A stretch of 64,000 nt of DNA from Nitrospinales bacterium (GTDB taxonomy: Bacteria > Nitrospinota > Nitrospinia > Nitrospinales > VA-1): the NCBI GenBank assembly GCA_965223345.1, contig CBDCWG010000012.1, forward strand, positions 2,144,001 to 2,208,000, read 5' to 3'. The notes under the pieces were generated by a model. It searched no databases, was not told where the DNA came from, and saw nothing but the letters and a program-made list of their open reading frames with translations. Each line of letters opens with the position of its first letter. Positions within the stretch are counted from its first letter, which is position 1. Shown piece after piece: positions 9,886 through 20,568 of the stretch. The translations under genes were made by a program, and so were the position numbers.

Positions 9886-11907
9886 TTACAGGCTGGGCCT
9901 GGGGTCGAGGAAGTGCCTCACTTTCTCAAGAAATTCTTTCACTTGCAGGGGCTTGGTGACGTAGGCGTCGAAACCCGCCTGAATCGCCTTTTCAATGTCG
10001 GATTCCATGGCATTCGCGCTCACGGCGATGACGGGGGTTTCCCGGGTCCTGCTGTTTTGTTTCAGATGCTTCAGGGCGGTGATGCCGTCCATGCCCGGCA
10101 GGTTGATATCCATCAATATCAAATCCGGCTGATGCGCCATTGCGAGTTCGATGCCCAGTTGCGCCTGGGGAGCGGTCAGCAAAGTGATGCCCGGCTCCTT
10201 GCAGAGGATCTGCTTCACCAGGTTCAGGTTTGCAGGGTTGTCTTCCACATACAGAATCGCGTGTTTGTTGCCGTTGGAGTCGGCCCCACTGTTATGGGCC
10301 GCCAGGGTTGCCAGCTCTTCCTTGGCCAGGGATTGTTGCGATCCTTTGGGCAGCTCGATGGTGAAACAGCTCCCTTCATCCTGAGTGCTCTCAACATGAA
10401 TGGTCCCGTTCATCAGCTTGATCAGGTGTCGGGTGATGCTGAGACCGATGCCGGTGCCCTCCACCTCTGAATTTTCCAGGCCTAGCCGGTCGAAGGGCTT
10501 GAACAGCGAATCCATTTTTTCTTTCGGGATCCCCAATCCCTTGTCCTTGATTTTGATGCGGACTTTTCCGGACGGCGTTTCTTCGATTTCCAGTGTGCAC
10601 TCGCCGTTTTCGCGGTTGTATTTGATCGCATTGGAAATCAGATTGAGCAGAACCTGCTTGAGTCGGGTGCGATCCGCGATCACACTTGTATTCATGGCAT
10701 GAGCGCCGGGAAGATGAACGGCGATGTTGTTCTGAGTGGCGAGGGGGGTGACGATCGAAAGCACTTCGTCGAGAACTTCCTGTAAATGCACATTCTCCAG
10801 GGAAAGCGTCATTTTTCCCGACTCGATGCGCGCCAGATCCAGAACTTCATTGATGAGTTCCAGAAGGTGATTCCCCGCCTTCAGGATTTCCTCGACCTGT
10901 TCCCGCTGCGTGTCGCTCAGAGTGTCTTCCGGTTCGAATTTGAGCAATTGACCAAAACCCAGAATGGCGTTCATGGGAGTGCGAAGCTCGTGGCTCATGC
11001 GGGAGAGAAATTCCGATTTGGCCTGGCTGGCATTTTCGGCTTCTTCTTTCGCACGTATCAACTCCAACTCTTCATCCCGGAGTTTGTTATTGAGTTCGAT
11101 CAACCGGTTGTTTGTTTTTTCCAGCCCCGCATTGGATTCGTGCAGTTTCTGAGTCCGCTCCTGGACGGTCTCTTCCAGTATCCTTGTGTGATTTTTCAAC
11201 TCGTCCACCATCACATTGAAGGAATTCGCCAGCTCTCCGATTTCATCGTTGGAATATCGCTCGATCTTTTGGCCGAAATCCTTTTTCGTTGCAATCAGAT
11301 TGCTGACACGCGTCAGCTCGCGGATCGGGTTCAGTATTTTTTTCAGAATTGCGATGATGAGGCCCAGCCCGATCAACATCATGAACGAGGCATACAGGAA
11401 GGATTTTTTGATCAAAGGGGCGATCACTTGTTTTTCAATCGCCTCGAGATCCATCCCGATATAAGCGTGTCCCAACAAGCCGGCCAGTATCGGGGCTTGA
11501 ATATCGAGCGTTTTTCTTCCGTGGATTTCATGGGTGCGGATCATCATTTCCGTTTTGTTCACGTCGCTTTTCACCAGGGCCAGATATTCCTCCGGCATAT
11601 TGGGAGAAAACGTGTGAGAGACCACCGCGCCGGTTTCGTCCGCCACGATCACATAGGCCACGCCGCTGATCGTGCGGTAGTGGTCGATGAAACCCTGGAT
11701 CGTGGAGGCATCCCGGTTCAGCAGGGTGTCCTGAACGCTTGTGGCCAGACCCTGGACCAGAGCGACGCCTTTGGATTCGAATTCCTTATGCAGGGACTGG
11801 CGCAATGTGTTGATGTATACCAGGGAAAGCATGAGATAGGTCAAAAGGACCATGATTCCCATGAGCACCAGGATTTTTAACTGAAGCGTGACCCTGCGGG
11901 TTTTCAT
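9886..11907 (-). CDS. Hybrid sensor histidine kinase/response regulator
   Basis: [20 protein letters not shown], HATPase, C-terminal receiver (VEDN, MDINLP, TKP). Confidence 0.95.
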   Translation of the reverse strand: MKTRRVTLQLKILVLMGIMVLLTYLMLSLVYINTLRQSLHKEFESKGVALVQGLATSVQDTLLNRDASTIQGFIDHYRTISGVAYVIVADETGAVVSHTFSPNMPEEYLALVKSDVNKTEMMIRTHEIHGRKTLDIQAPILAGLLGHAYIGMDLEAIEKQVIAPLIKKSFLYASFMMLIGLGLIIAILKKILNPIRELTRVSNLIATKKDFGQKIERYSNDEIGELANSFNVMVDELKNHTRILEETVQERTQKLHESNAGLEKTNNRLIELNNKLRDEELELIRAKEEAENASQAKSEFLSRMSHELRTPMNAILGFGQLLKFEPEDTLSDTQREQVEEILKAGNHLLELINEVLDLARIESGKMTLSLENVHLQEVLDEVLSIVTPLATQNNIAVHLPGAHAMNTSVIADRTRLKQVLLNLISNAIKYNRENGECTLEIEETPSGKVRIKIKDKGLGIPKEKMDSLFKPFDRLGLENSEVEGTGIGLSITRHLIKLMNGTIHVESTQDEGSCFTIELPKGSQQSLAKEELATLAAHNSGADSNGNKHAILYVEDNPANLNLVKQILCKEPGITLLTAPQAQLGIELAMAHQPDLILMDINLPGMDGITALKHLKQNSRTRETPVIAVSANAMESDIEKAIQAGFDAYVTKPLQVKEFLEKVRHFLDPRPSL

Positions 11908-13172
11908 AGGATTTCTTTCCAGTCGTGCAGGATTTGGTATCTACCATCCCGAATGGTCGTGAAAAAAACCGCGTCCAGGGCCTGGTGTTTGGATTTGCTG
12001 AAGGAGATGGTGTGCCCCAGCCCGATGTCCAGATCGGAAATGGACTCCAGTGTTTCCATGAAGTTTGCGCGCGTCAGGTCTTTGGGGGCGCGTTTCAGTG
12101 CTTCCACGAAAACCACGGCGTTGAGGAAACCTTCCAGAGAAACAAAACTGTATTTTGAGGGGACGTAGCCAGGATCCTGCAGTTCCCCAGGAACCCTGGG
12201 CTGGTATTTGTCCATCAGCGCTTGATATTTTTTGACCAGCGGATTCGACGGGTCGCTCCAGGGCGGAACCACCTGCGAATTGATCAACTTGCTGGTGAGG
12301 TTTTTACCGATTCTTTTTTCTTCGTTTAGCAGGAGCTGCAGCAGTTGATCGGAACCGACGAATGAAACGTTGGCGATGGGTCCTTCGAACCCGGTGAGCC
12401 TGGCGTCTCTGATGAATGCAGCACAGGCGGCATAGGAACCGATGGAAATCACCGCGTCCACACCGGCGTTTTTCAGGATAGCGACCTGCTTTTTCATGGA
12501 TTCCGAAAAAGGGGTGCTGCGTTCGTAGGTCACTTCCGAAATAACTTTCAAACCCAGCTTTTTCAAAGCCCGCTGCACCCCGTCGGCGCCCGATCTGCCA
12601 TACGCATCGTTTTGAATGAAAACGCCCACGTTTTTGTATCCGTTATCGACCAGATTTTGCACCAAACCCGCTGTTTCCTGACGGTAGGAACTGCGGATGT
12701 TGAAAACGTATCTGGCGTGCGGGGGTTCCCGCTGGGGTTGAGCGCCGGTAAAATTTGAAAACAGGAAAATGTCCTGTTCGGAAAATTTTTGAATAGCGGG
12801 CAGGGCTTTCACAATCGTCGGCGTGCCCACATATCCGAAGAGCGCGAAAACGCGATCCTTGGTGATGAGCCGGATGGTGTTGATGAGGGTTGTGTCCCCT
12901 TCATAGCCGTCGTCGCGGGCGACGATGCGGATCTTTTTCCCCTTCACTCCGCCCTGAGCGTTGATGTGATCAAAATAAGCCTGGGCTCCCCGCCATAATT
13001 CGCTCCCCAAAGCTGCGGAAGTTCCTTTGAAGGCAGCCGATTGTCCCAACAGTATTTCCGAATCGGTCACCCCTGCGGACTGGCCGTACGCCGAGGTGGC
13101 AGGGCAGAATAAGATCAGAAAACAGGCGGATATCCATCGTTTCATTTTCAAGCTCCCAATAGCGCGATTCAA
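11904..13172 (-). CDS. Periplasmic solute-binding protein, LivJ/PBP1-like
   Basis: Signal peptide; [41 protein letters not shown]; no permease or ATPase genes nearby. Confidence 0.88.
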   Translation of the reverse strand: MNRAIGSLKMKRWISACFLILFCPATSAYGQSAGVTDSEILLGQSAAFKGTSAALGSELWRGAQAYFDHINAQGGVKGKKIRIVARDDGYEGDTTLINTIRLITKDRVFALFGYVGTPTIVKALPAIQKFSEQDIFLFSNFTGAQPQREPPHARYVFNIRSSYRQETAGLVQNLVDNGYKNVGVFIQNDAYGRSGADGVQRALKKLGLKVISEVTYERSTPFSESMKKQVAILKNAGVDAVISIGSYAACAAFIRDARLTGFEGPIANVSFVGSDQLLQLLLNEEKRIGKNLTSKLINSQVVPPWSDPSNPLVKKYQALMDKYQPRVPGELQDPGYVPSKYSFVSLEGFLNAVVFVEALKRAPKDLTRANFMETLESISDLDIGLGHTISFSKSKHQALDAVFFTTIRDGRYQILHDWKEIL

Positions 13173-15121
13173 CCTGAACCCCCAACCTTTTCACGGGGGA
13201 CGAGGAAATGCCTCACTTTCTCAAGAAAGGGCTTCACTTGCAGGGGCTTGGTGACGTAGGCGTCGAAACCCGCCCGCATTGTTTTTTCGATGTCGGATTC
13301 CATGGCGTTCGCGCTCACGGCGATGACCGGGATTCCCCGGGTCTCGTCGTGTTTTTTCAGATGCTTCAGGGCGGAGATGCCGTCCATGCCCGGCAGATGG
13401 ATATCCATGAGAATCAGATTCGGCTGATGCGCGAGCGCGAGTTCGATGCCCAAACGGGCCTGGGGTGCGGTCAGCAGAGTGATGTCCGGTTCTTTGTGAA
13501 GGATCTGTTTCACCAGGTTCAGGTTTGCGGGGTTGTCTTCCACATACAGAATCGTGTGTTTGTTGCCGTTGGATTCGGCCCCACTCTTTTGGGCCGCCAG
13601 GGTTGCCAGCTTTTCCTTGGGCAGGGATTGTTGCGATCCTTTGGGCAGCTCGATGGTGAAACAGCTCCCCTTGTCCGGAACGCTTTCCACGCTGATCGTT
13701 CCGTGCATGAGTTCGATCAGGTGCTTGCAGATGCTGAGGCCGATGCCGGTGCCTTCGATTTCCGTGTTTTCTGCACCGAGCCGGTCGAAGGGCTTGAACA
13801 GCGAATCCATTTTTTCTTTCGGGATCCCCGGCCCTCTGTCCATGACTTTGATGCGGACATTTCCAGACTGCGTTTCTTCGAGTTCCAGTGTGCAGTCGCC
13901 ATTTTCGCGGTTGTATTTGATCGCATTGGAAATCAGATTGAGCAGGACCTGCTTCAATCGGGTGCGATCCGCAACCACCTGGAGGGCGGGATGTTGCGCG
14001 GCCCGATTGTGGATCGTTATCTTGTGCTTCTCCGCCATGGGGGATGTGAGCACCAGGGTCTCGAGAATCAGATCTTCCAGCTCGATGTTCTCAATGGAAA
14101 GGACTAACTTTCCGGATTCGATCTTGGCGAGATCCAGCACCTCATTGATGAGTTCGAGCAGGTGCTTGCCCGCCTTGAGGATTTCCTGAATCCGTTCCGT
14201 CTGCCCCGGCGTCAACGGCTCTTCCGGGTCGGCTTCCAGCAGCTGCCCAAATCCCAGAATGGCGTTCATCGGGGTGCGCAGTTCGTGACTCATCCGCGAT
14301 AGAAATTCGGATTTCGCCCGGTTGGCCTCCAGGGCGTCGTCCCGGGTTTTTTCCATCTCGGCATTGATATTTTTGATTTCCTCCATCGAGTCGTTGATCC
14401 GGTCGAGCATGGTTTTCAGCGTGCCGGCCAGCTCCCCGACCTCGTCGTTCGATCGCACTTCAATGGGGACATCGTTTTTACCGTGATAGATTTCATTGGC
14501 GGCTTGCGTCAGCTCCGAGAGCGGCTGCGTGATTTTTCTTCCCAGGATGAAAACGATCAAAATCCCCAATGAAAAAATCGCCAGGGAGATCGTGAACGTG
14601 GCTTCCCAGTCTTTCTCGATATTCCGGTTCAGCTCGTCGAGAGAAAACCCGATCAGGATTTTCCCGTGCCAGTTTTCTTGGTAGACGATGTCGTGTGCCT
14701 TGAACAGGAAGCGACCCTGCTCGACGACGCTTTCCCGGTTCAACATGCCTTCAATGTTGAGCTTCAATTGGTTGGGATTGTAGGTGGCGACTTTGTTGTT
14801 CTCGGTATCGAAAATTCCCAGATAGACCAGCCGGCTGTCCTTTTTCGCCCACTCGACGGCGATGCCGATGCTGGCAAAATCCCTCAGCTCCAGGCTCACG
14901 CCTGTGGACAGGGCGATCATTTCGGTCATCGCCGTGACGTGATTTTCCAGGTTTTTCATCTTCTGGTTTTTGTACATCCTGGGAAAGTAGGACAGGTTGA
15001 AAACCAGAATCAGAAGAAACGAGAAGAAAAAAATCAGGACAATTTTGACCCGAATCGGGATTTTTTTTGGAGAGAGCGTCATGAACAAAGAACTCGAAAT
15101 GGATGATACCGCCTCAGACAC
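13169..15121 (-). CDS. Hybrid sensor histidine kinase/response regulator, paralog of 9886-11907
   Basis: Same architecture, [14 protein letters not shown], receiver; start uncertain (ATG 15082 possible). Confidence 0.93.
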   Translation of the reverse strand: MSEAVSSISSSLFMTLSPKKIPIRVKIVLIFFFSFLLILVFNLSYFPRMYKNQKMKNLENHVTAMTEMIALSTGVSLELRDFASIGIAVEWAKKDSRLVYLGIFDTENNKVATYNPNQLKLNIEGMLNRESVVEQGRFLFKAHDIVYQENWHGKILIGFSLDELNRNIEKDWEATFTISLAIFSLGILIVFILGRKITQPLSELTQAANEIYHGKNDVPIEVRSNDEVGELAGTLKTMLDRINDSMEEIKNINAEMEKTRDDALEANRAKSEFLSRMSHELRTPMNAILGFGQLLEADPEEPLTPGQTERIQEILKAGKHLLELINEVLDLAKIESGKLVLSIENIELEDLILETLVLTSPMAEKHKITIHNRAAQHPALQVVADRTRLKQVLLNLISNAIKYNRENGDCTLELEETQSGNVRIKVMDRGPGIPKEKMDSLFKPFDRLGAENTEIEGTGIGLSICKHLIELMHGTISVESVPDKGSCFTIELPKGSQQSLPKEKLATLAAQKSGAESNGNKHTILYVEDNPANLNLVKQILHKEPDITLLTAPQARLGIELALAHQPNLILMDIHLPGMDGISALKHLKKHDETRGIPVIAVSANAMESDIEKTMRAGFDAYVTKPLQVKPFLEKVRHFLVPREKVGGSG

Positions 15122-15148
15122 GGCTGCAAACGGGTGTGCATCCCATCC

Positions 15149-15559
15149 TCATTTTTCAACGGTGATCAATATTTTATGGGAGATGGGGGGATTGTAGGGA
15201 ACGTGATTCCCGTCGGCAAACAGGGCGATGACGGCATGCTTTCCCGGTGTCAGATTCAGCGTGATGCAGGCGTCCCCTTTCCCCATGTGGATCGCTTCCT
15301 TTTTGCCTATGGGACGGCTCAGATCCTCCGGCAGGGAATTGAACAGTATATGATGGTGCCCCTTGCCTTCGTTGACGCCGTTGGACCCCGGTTCCACCAC
15401 CAGCCCTTCCACCTCCATGCAGAATTGCACGGGACCCTGTTTGACATAGGCGTTATCGGGAGGGGTGACGATCGTGACTTTCTTTTCTTCCGCTTGAGCC
15501 CAGACTGCGCTGAAAAGCATCAACCCAAACGAAAACGAAATCCTGACGAGCGAGTGCAT
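15149..15559 (-). CDS. Exported DUF4399-like protein
   Basis: Signal peptide; GHHHIL, IHMGKG, LTPGKH, FADGNHVP pattern. Confidence 0.75.
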   Translation of the reverse strand: MHSLVRISFSFGLMLFSAVWAQAEEKKVTIVTPPDNAYVKQGPVQFCMEVEGLVVEPGSNGVNEGKGHHHILFNSLPEDLSRPIGKKEAIHMGKGDACITLNLTPGKHAVIALFADGNHVPYNPPISHKILITVEK

Positions 15560-15859
15560 TGAAATCCTCCAGAACCAGAATGATTTAGAACTTTAAAGCG
15601 CTGCGGAAGTGTGGCTATTTAATATATTTACCTATTATATTAGTGTAAATTAAAATGTCTTTTAGGTCAATGAATTCAAGTATTTGCTGGATTTTCGATT
15701 ATGCCCGGGAGGGCTCGGGCTTTCCCGAGAGCTCGGGAATATCCGAAAATGAGTCTAACTAGCGGATTTTCCGTTGTTTTTGCTAAAGCCCCGTTCCCGG
15801 CCGGTCGATAAAGAGGCGATGAGCACTTCCTGCAACCGTTTGGAGATTGGGACCTTCTA

Positions 15860-18112
15860 TTGAACAAATCGAAACGTCTTTGTGTGATCGGTGGGGGCCT
15901 GTTCCAGGTGCCGCTGATCAAAACCGCGAAATCCATGGGGTTGGAGGTGGCCGTGACGGACTACAACCCCGACGCTGAGGGGATGCGGCTCGCCGATCAC
16001 CCGCTCGTCGTCAGCACCCGCAATATCGAACTCACCCTGAATGCCGTGCGCGAGCTGCACGCCACCTGCCCGCTGGATGGCGTCCTGACCGCCGGCACCG
16101 ACGCCTCGAAAACCGTGGCCGCCGTGGCCGACGCGCTGCACCTGCCCGGCATTCCGTATGAAGTGGCCGAACGCGCGACGGACAAGATCAAAATGCGCCA
16201 GTGCCTGCTGGAAAACGGCGTGCCGGTTCCGGGATTCCGTCCGGTCTGGACGCTGGATGACGCCCGCCGGGCACTTTCCGAACTGGCGCCTCCCTGGGTG
16301 GTCAAACCCTCTGACAATATGGGCGCGCGCGGCGTGCGCCGCATCGAAAATCCCGACGAGTTGGCAACAGCCTTCGAGGAAGCCAAGGCGGCTTCGGTCA
16401 GCGGCCGGCTGCTGGTGGAAGAATTCATGCCCGGTCCGGAACTCAGTCTCGATGCGCTGGTGTTCGACGGCCGCATCGAGATCACGGGGATCGCCGACCG
16501 GCACATCGAACGGGCGCCGTATTTCGTCGAGGTGGGGCACACGATGCCTTCGAATCTGCCGGAGGAGACGCAGAACCGGGTGGCGGACGTGTTCAGACAG
16601 GCGGTGCGCGCGCTGGGCATCGACCGGGGCGCGGCCAAGGGAGACATCAAGTGGACGCCGGAGGGGCCGAAGATCGTGGAGATCGCCGCGCGCCTGAGCG
16701 GCGGCTGGATGTCGGCGTACACCTATCCGCTTTCCAGCGGCGTCGATCTGATGAAAGCGGCGATCCAGATCGCCCTCGGGGAAAAGCCGGCGCACCTGAC
16801 CCCCAAGTTCGCCAAGACCGCCGCGGAGCGGGCGCTCATCCCGCAGCCGGGCAAGATCCTGTCCATCCAGGGCGTCGAAGCGGCGCGCAGGATGAAAGGG
16901 GTGCGCGAGATCATTTTCCTCAAGGAAGCCGGCGACACGGTGGAGGAAGTGAAAAGCAATATGGGCAAGACCGGATACGTCATCACCGTCGCCGGCACGC
17001 GCGAGGAGGCGATCCGCATCAACGACCGCGCGCGGGCGGCGATCCACATCGAAACCGGGTCGCCGCAGGCGCTGAGCTGGGATGTCATCCGCAACAACGC
17101 GCGCAAAAAATTCTACATCGCCTGCAAGGCCTGCCCGGAATGCGACGGCGTCGAGTGCGCCGGCCGGGTGCCGGGCATCGGCGGCATCGGCACCGGCGAA
17201 TCCTTCACGGAAAACCTGCGGGCGCTGGCGCGCTACAAGGTGAACCTGCGCACCATTCACGGCGTCAAAGATCCCGATCTTTCAGTCGAGCTGTTCGGGC
17301 GGAAACTGGCACTCCCGATTCTGGCCGCGCCGATCACCGGCATGGAGACCAACCTGGCCGGCGGCATGGACGAGCGCGCCTACGCCGATGCGGTGCTCGC
17401 AGGCTGCCTGGATGCGGGGGCGCTCGGCATGGTGGGGGATGGGGCCAGCCCGAAAAAATACCGCATCGGCCTGGAAACCATCCGGAACCTCGGCGGATGC
17501 GGCATTCCGGTTTTCAAGCCGCGCGAGGACAACGACGCGATCCTCACCCGGTTTCAAGCCGCCCAGGAAGCGGGCGCGCTGGCGGTCGGGATCGACATCG
17601 ACGCGGCCTCGTTCAAGACCATGGCGCTCAAGGGGCAGGCGGTGGGGCCGAAAACCGTGCCGGAGCTCAGGCATCTGAAATCGCATCTTTCGGTGCCTTT
17701 CATACTGAAGGGCATCATGAACGTGGAGTCGGCGCTCCTGGCCCTGGAGGCGGGGGCCGATGCGATCGTCGTTTCCAATCACGGCGGACGTGTGCTGGAC
17801 ACCATGCCGGGAACGGCGGACGTGCTGCCCGAGATCGCCAGCGCGGTGGCCGGCCGTGCCCGAGTGCTGGTGGACGGCGGCATCCGCGAGGGCGTGGACG
17901 TGCTGAAGATGCTGGCTCTGGGAGCGGATGCGGTGATGATCGGGCGTCCGGTCTGCATCGCCGCGTTCGGCGCGGGTCGGGAAGGGGTGGCGTTTTATCT
18001 TGCGCAAAAGCGCGACGAGCTGAAAAAAGCCATGGTCCTCACGGGATGCGCGGACATCGCCCACATCGATCCTTCGGTGATCTTCCGGGATGCCAAGGGA
18101 GAGCGCCGGTGA
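15860..18112 (+). CDS. Fusion of ATP-grasp ligase and FMN-dependent alpha-hydroxy-acid dehydrogenase with a Cys cluster
   Basis: N half DKIKMR, VVKPSDNMGARGV, VEEFMPGPELS, EIAARLSG; linker CKACPECDGVEC; C half APITG, ILKGI, VSNHGGR, DGGIR, IGRP. Confidence 0.88.
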   Translation: MNKSKRLCVIGGGLFQVPLIKTAKSMGLEVAVTDYNPDAEGMRLADHPLVVSTRNIELTLNAVRELHATCPLDGVLTAGTDASKTVAAVADALHLPGIPYEVAERATDKIKMRQCLLENGVPVPGFRPVWTLDDARRALSELAPPWVVKPSDNMGARGVRRIENPDELATAFEEAKAASVSGRLLVEEFMPGPELSLDALVFDGRIEITGIADRHIERAPYFVEVGHTMPSNLPEETQNRVADVFRQAVRALGIDRGAAKGDIKWTPEGPKIVEIAARLSGGWMSAYTYPLSSGVDLMKAAIQIALGEKPAHLTPKFAKTAAERALIPQPGKILSIQGVEAARRMKGVREIIFLKEAGDTVEEVKSNMGKTGYVITVAGTREEAIRINDRARAAIHIETGSPQALSWDVIRNNARKKFYIACKACPECDGVECAGRVPGIGGIGTGESFTENLRALARYKVNLRTIHGVKDPDLSVELFGRKLALPILAAPITGMETNLAGGMDERAYADAVLAGCLDAGALGMVGDGASPKKYRIGLETIRNLGGCGIPVFKPREDNDAILTRFQAAQEAGALAVGIDIDAASFKTMALKGQAVGPKTVPELRHLKSHLSVPFILKGIMNVESALLALEAGADAIVVSNHGGRVLDTMPGTADVLPEIASAVAGRARVLVDGGIREGVDVLKMLALGADAVMIGRPVCIAAFGAGREGVAFYLAQKRDELKKAMVLTGCADIAHIDPSVIFRDAKGERR

Positions 18113-18146
18113 CGCGCGACAGGCTGCAATTTACGGGAGGCAGAGC

Positions 18147-18956
18147 ATGAACATCAAACACTCGGGGTTTCAGGTGCTGCGCGGCGGCGCGGCCGACCCG
18201 AAACGGTTCTTAAGGCAGGCTTTGAGCCGGCTGAAGCTGGAATACGGCGCCTGCTGCCTGAAGCTCTCGACGGAAGATGCGGCGATGAGCCTGGAGCAGA
18301 TCCGCTACTGGGTGGAACTTTCCGCAGGCGTGCTGCCGGTGCTGGTGAAAATCGGCGGTCCCAACGCCCGCAACGACATCCGCCAGCTGCTCAAGCTCGA
18401 TATCGACGGGCTGATCGCGCCGATGGTGGAATCGGTGTACGGGCTGGAAAATTTCATAGCGGCGGTGCAGGATTTCACCACGCCCATGCAGATGCACCGG
18501 CTGAAAAAACACATCAACATCGAGACGGTCACGGCGCTCGAACAGCTCGATGCCATCCTCGAGGCTTCGGAGGCGGGGCTTCTGGATGAAATCACCCTTG
18601 GCTGCAGCGATCTGTCCAAATCCATGAAGAAGGACCGCATGGACCCGGACGTTCAGGCCTGCGTCCGCCAGGCGGTGAGCGCCATCCGTGAATGGGGCAT
18701 TTCCGTCTCCATCGGCGGCGGCGTCACGCCCGAGAACATCGATGCGATTCTGAAAGACCTGAAGCCTCAGAAATTCAACACCCGGGTCGTGACCTTCGCC
18801 GTGAAACCGGATACGGCCTTCGGCCCGGCTGTGTTCGAGAGCCTGCAGTTCGAGCTCAGGATGCTGGAACACGATCACCAGCAAGGCTTCATCTCCGAAG
18901 ATGAAGAAAAATTCCGCGCGCGCGAACTCAAAAAACGCCTCGCCCGGTCGTCCTGA
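18147..18956 (+). CDS. HpcH/HpaI aldolase / citrate lyase beta-like protein
   Basis: KIGGPNARNDI, IAPMVES, INIET, GCSDLS; RBS GGGAGG before ATG 18147. Confidence 0.75.
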   Translation: MNIKHSGFQVLRGGAADPKRFLRQALSRLKLEYGACCLKLSTEDAAMSLEQIRYWVELSAGVLPVLVKIGGPNARNDIRQLLKLDIDGLIAPMVESVYGLENFIAAVQDFTTPMQMHRLKKHINIETVTALEQLDAILEASEAGLLDEITLGCSDLSKSMKKDRMDPDVQACVRQAVSAIREWGISVSIGGGVTPENIDAILKDLKPQKFNTRVVTFAVKPDTAFGPAVFESLQFELRMLEHDHQQGFISEDEEKFRARELKKRLARSS

Positions 18957-19021
18957 TCCCGTTGTTTCCTTATCCCCTCTGAAACAATTCGATTTTTCCG
19001 CTTTTTTTGTCAAGGATGCGG

Positions 19022-19049
19022 TTGACAAAAACCAGAATTCCAATAAAAT
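19022..19049 (+). promoter_or_regulatory. Putative sigma70 promoter of aclBA
   Basis: TTGACA-16 nt-TAAAAT about 150 nt upstream of aclB. Confidence 0.5.
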
Positions 19050-19200
19050 ATCTTGCCGCATTCCATATAAATTCAGATGTCAAGGGTACATTTTGGCGGG
19101 GCGGCCCCGACCGGAATCAATTTCAAGTTAAGGAGTCTTCGATCTCTCTCGCCCGTACCGCGCCCATTAATTACAATCATATGCAAGTCAGGAGAAGAAA

Positions 19201-20472
19201 ATGCAGATAACCGGCATGCTCTGGGGTAGGAAATTACTGGACCTTGTGGAATTCCCGCATTCCGAAGTTCGGGGTCCGGAACTCAGTGTCGATGAGATCA
19301 AGGACATGATCAAACGGCACGGCGAGGTGTTCATCAAACCCGTTTTCAAAGGCGGTGTGGGCAAGAAGGGGAAATCCGGTCTGATTGGCCGCGCCAAAAA
19401 CATAACGGAAGCCCTGAAGGAAAAAGAGCGCCTGTATTTCGCCGAGCACAAGGACGGCATGAGCACGACCAAATCGGACGGGGTCACGTTCGAGGGGGCG
19501 GTCCCGGCCGAGCACGAAGTCTATTTCTCCATTTCCGAAAGCACCGTGTACCGCGCGCCGACCATGACGATCACCCATCACGGCGGGGTGGACATCGAAG
19601 AGCTTCCCAAGGAAAAGATCGCCGAGGTTCCCTTCGATCCGCTCACCGGGCTCAAGGCGTTCCACGTCTCCAATGCGCTGTCCGGGCTCGGCTGTCCGGG
19701 AGCGATCATCAGCCCGCTGGTGCAGAACCTGCCGCGGCTTTGGGACCTGTACAACAACTACGGCATGATCATGCTGGAGCTCAACCCGATCCGCATGATG
19801 CCCGGAAAGGGCGGCCGCCTCACTCCCGTCGCCTGCGATTTCAAATGCATGTTCGATCAGGACGATCCGGCCTGGAAACGGCTCGGGCTGCCCTCGCACG
19901 TGTTCGCCTCCGACTATTCGGAGTTCGAGCAGGAGATCAACCAGCTGCGCACCTATCAGGGGCAGAGCGACGTCTACGTCATCAACGACCAGGGGACCAT
20001 CACCTCGCCCACCTTCGGCGGCGGCGCCAACGCGATGGTGACCGAGCTTTTGGGCGAGGACGCGACGATCTCCTCGGATTTCGGCGGCAACCCGCCCTAT
20101 GAGAAGATGAACGACATCTCCAAGATCACGTTCAAATACTGGCTGGGCCAGTCGAACGTGCTGTTCATCATCGGCGGCAAAGCCAACAACACGGACATCT
20201 ACGAGACCTTCCGCGCCATCGGCGACGGGCTCAAGACCTTTTTCCAGACGCACGGACCGATTCCGCTGTTCGTGGTGGTGGGCCGCGGCGGCCCGAACCT
20301 CATCCGCGGCATGTCGTATCTGAGGGACGTGCTGGATTCCATCGGCGTTCCCTATCGCTTCTTCGGGCACGACAGCGCCATGTCCGAGGTGATCAACTAC
20401 GCCCTCAAAGTGAACCAGTGGATGAAAAACGGCGGCAAGGAAGAAGTGAAAGCCAGCATGGGCATCAAATGA
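19201..20472 (+). CDS. aclB: ATP-citrate lyase, ATP-grasp (beta) subunit
   Basis: KP..GGVGKKGKSGL, HGGVDIE, LELNP, FGGGAN, DFGGNP, IIGGKANNT, VGRGGPN: SCS-beta/ACL-type fold. Confidence 0.85.
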   Translation: MQITGMLWGRKLLDLVEFPHSEVRGPELSVDEIKDMIKRHGEVFIKPVFKGGVGKKGKSGLIGRAKNITEALKEKERLYFAEHKDGMSTTKSDGVTFEGAVPAEHEVYFSISESTVYRAPTMTITHHGGVDIEELPKEKIAEVPFDPLTGLKAFHVSNALSGLGCPGAIISPLVQNLPRLWDLYNNYGMIMLELNPIRMMPGKGGRLTPVACDFKCMFDQDDPAWKRLGLPSHVFASDYSEFEQEINQLRTYQGQSDVYVINDQGTITSPTFGGGANAMVTELLGEDATISSDFGGNPPYEKMNDISKITFKYWLGQSNVLFIIGGKANNTDIYETFRAIGDGLKTFFQTHGPIPLFVVVGRGGPNLIRGMSYLRDVLDSIGVPYRFFGHDSAMSEVINYALKVNQWMKNGGKEEVKASMGIK

Positions 20473-20568
20473 CTATTGGATCCAATCGATCCACGGGGCG
20501 ATGGAGCGTGAACCCCGCCTCGAACAAAAATCAAAGGACAAGACGGATCCATTCAGGAGGATTGTTAA

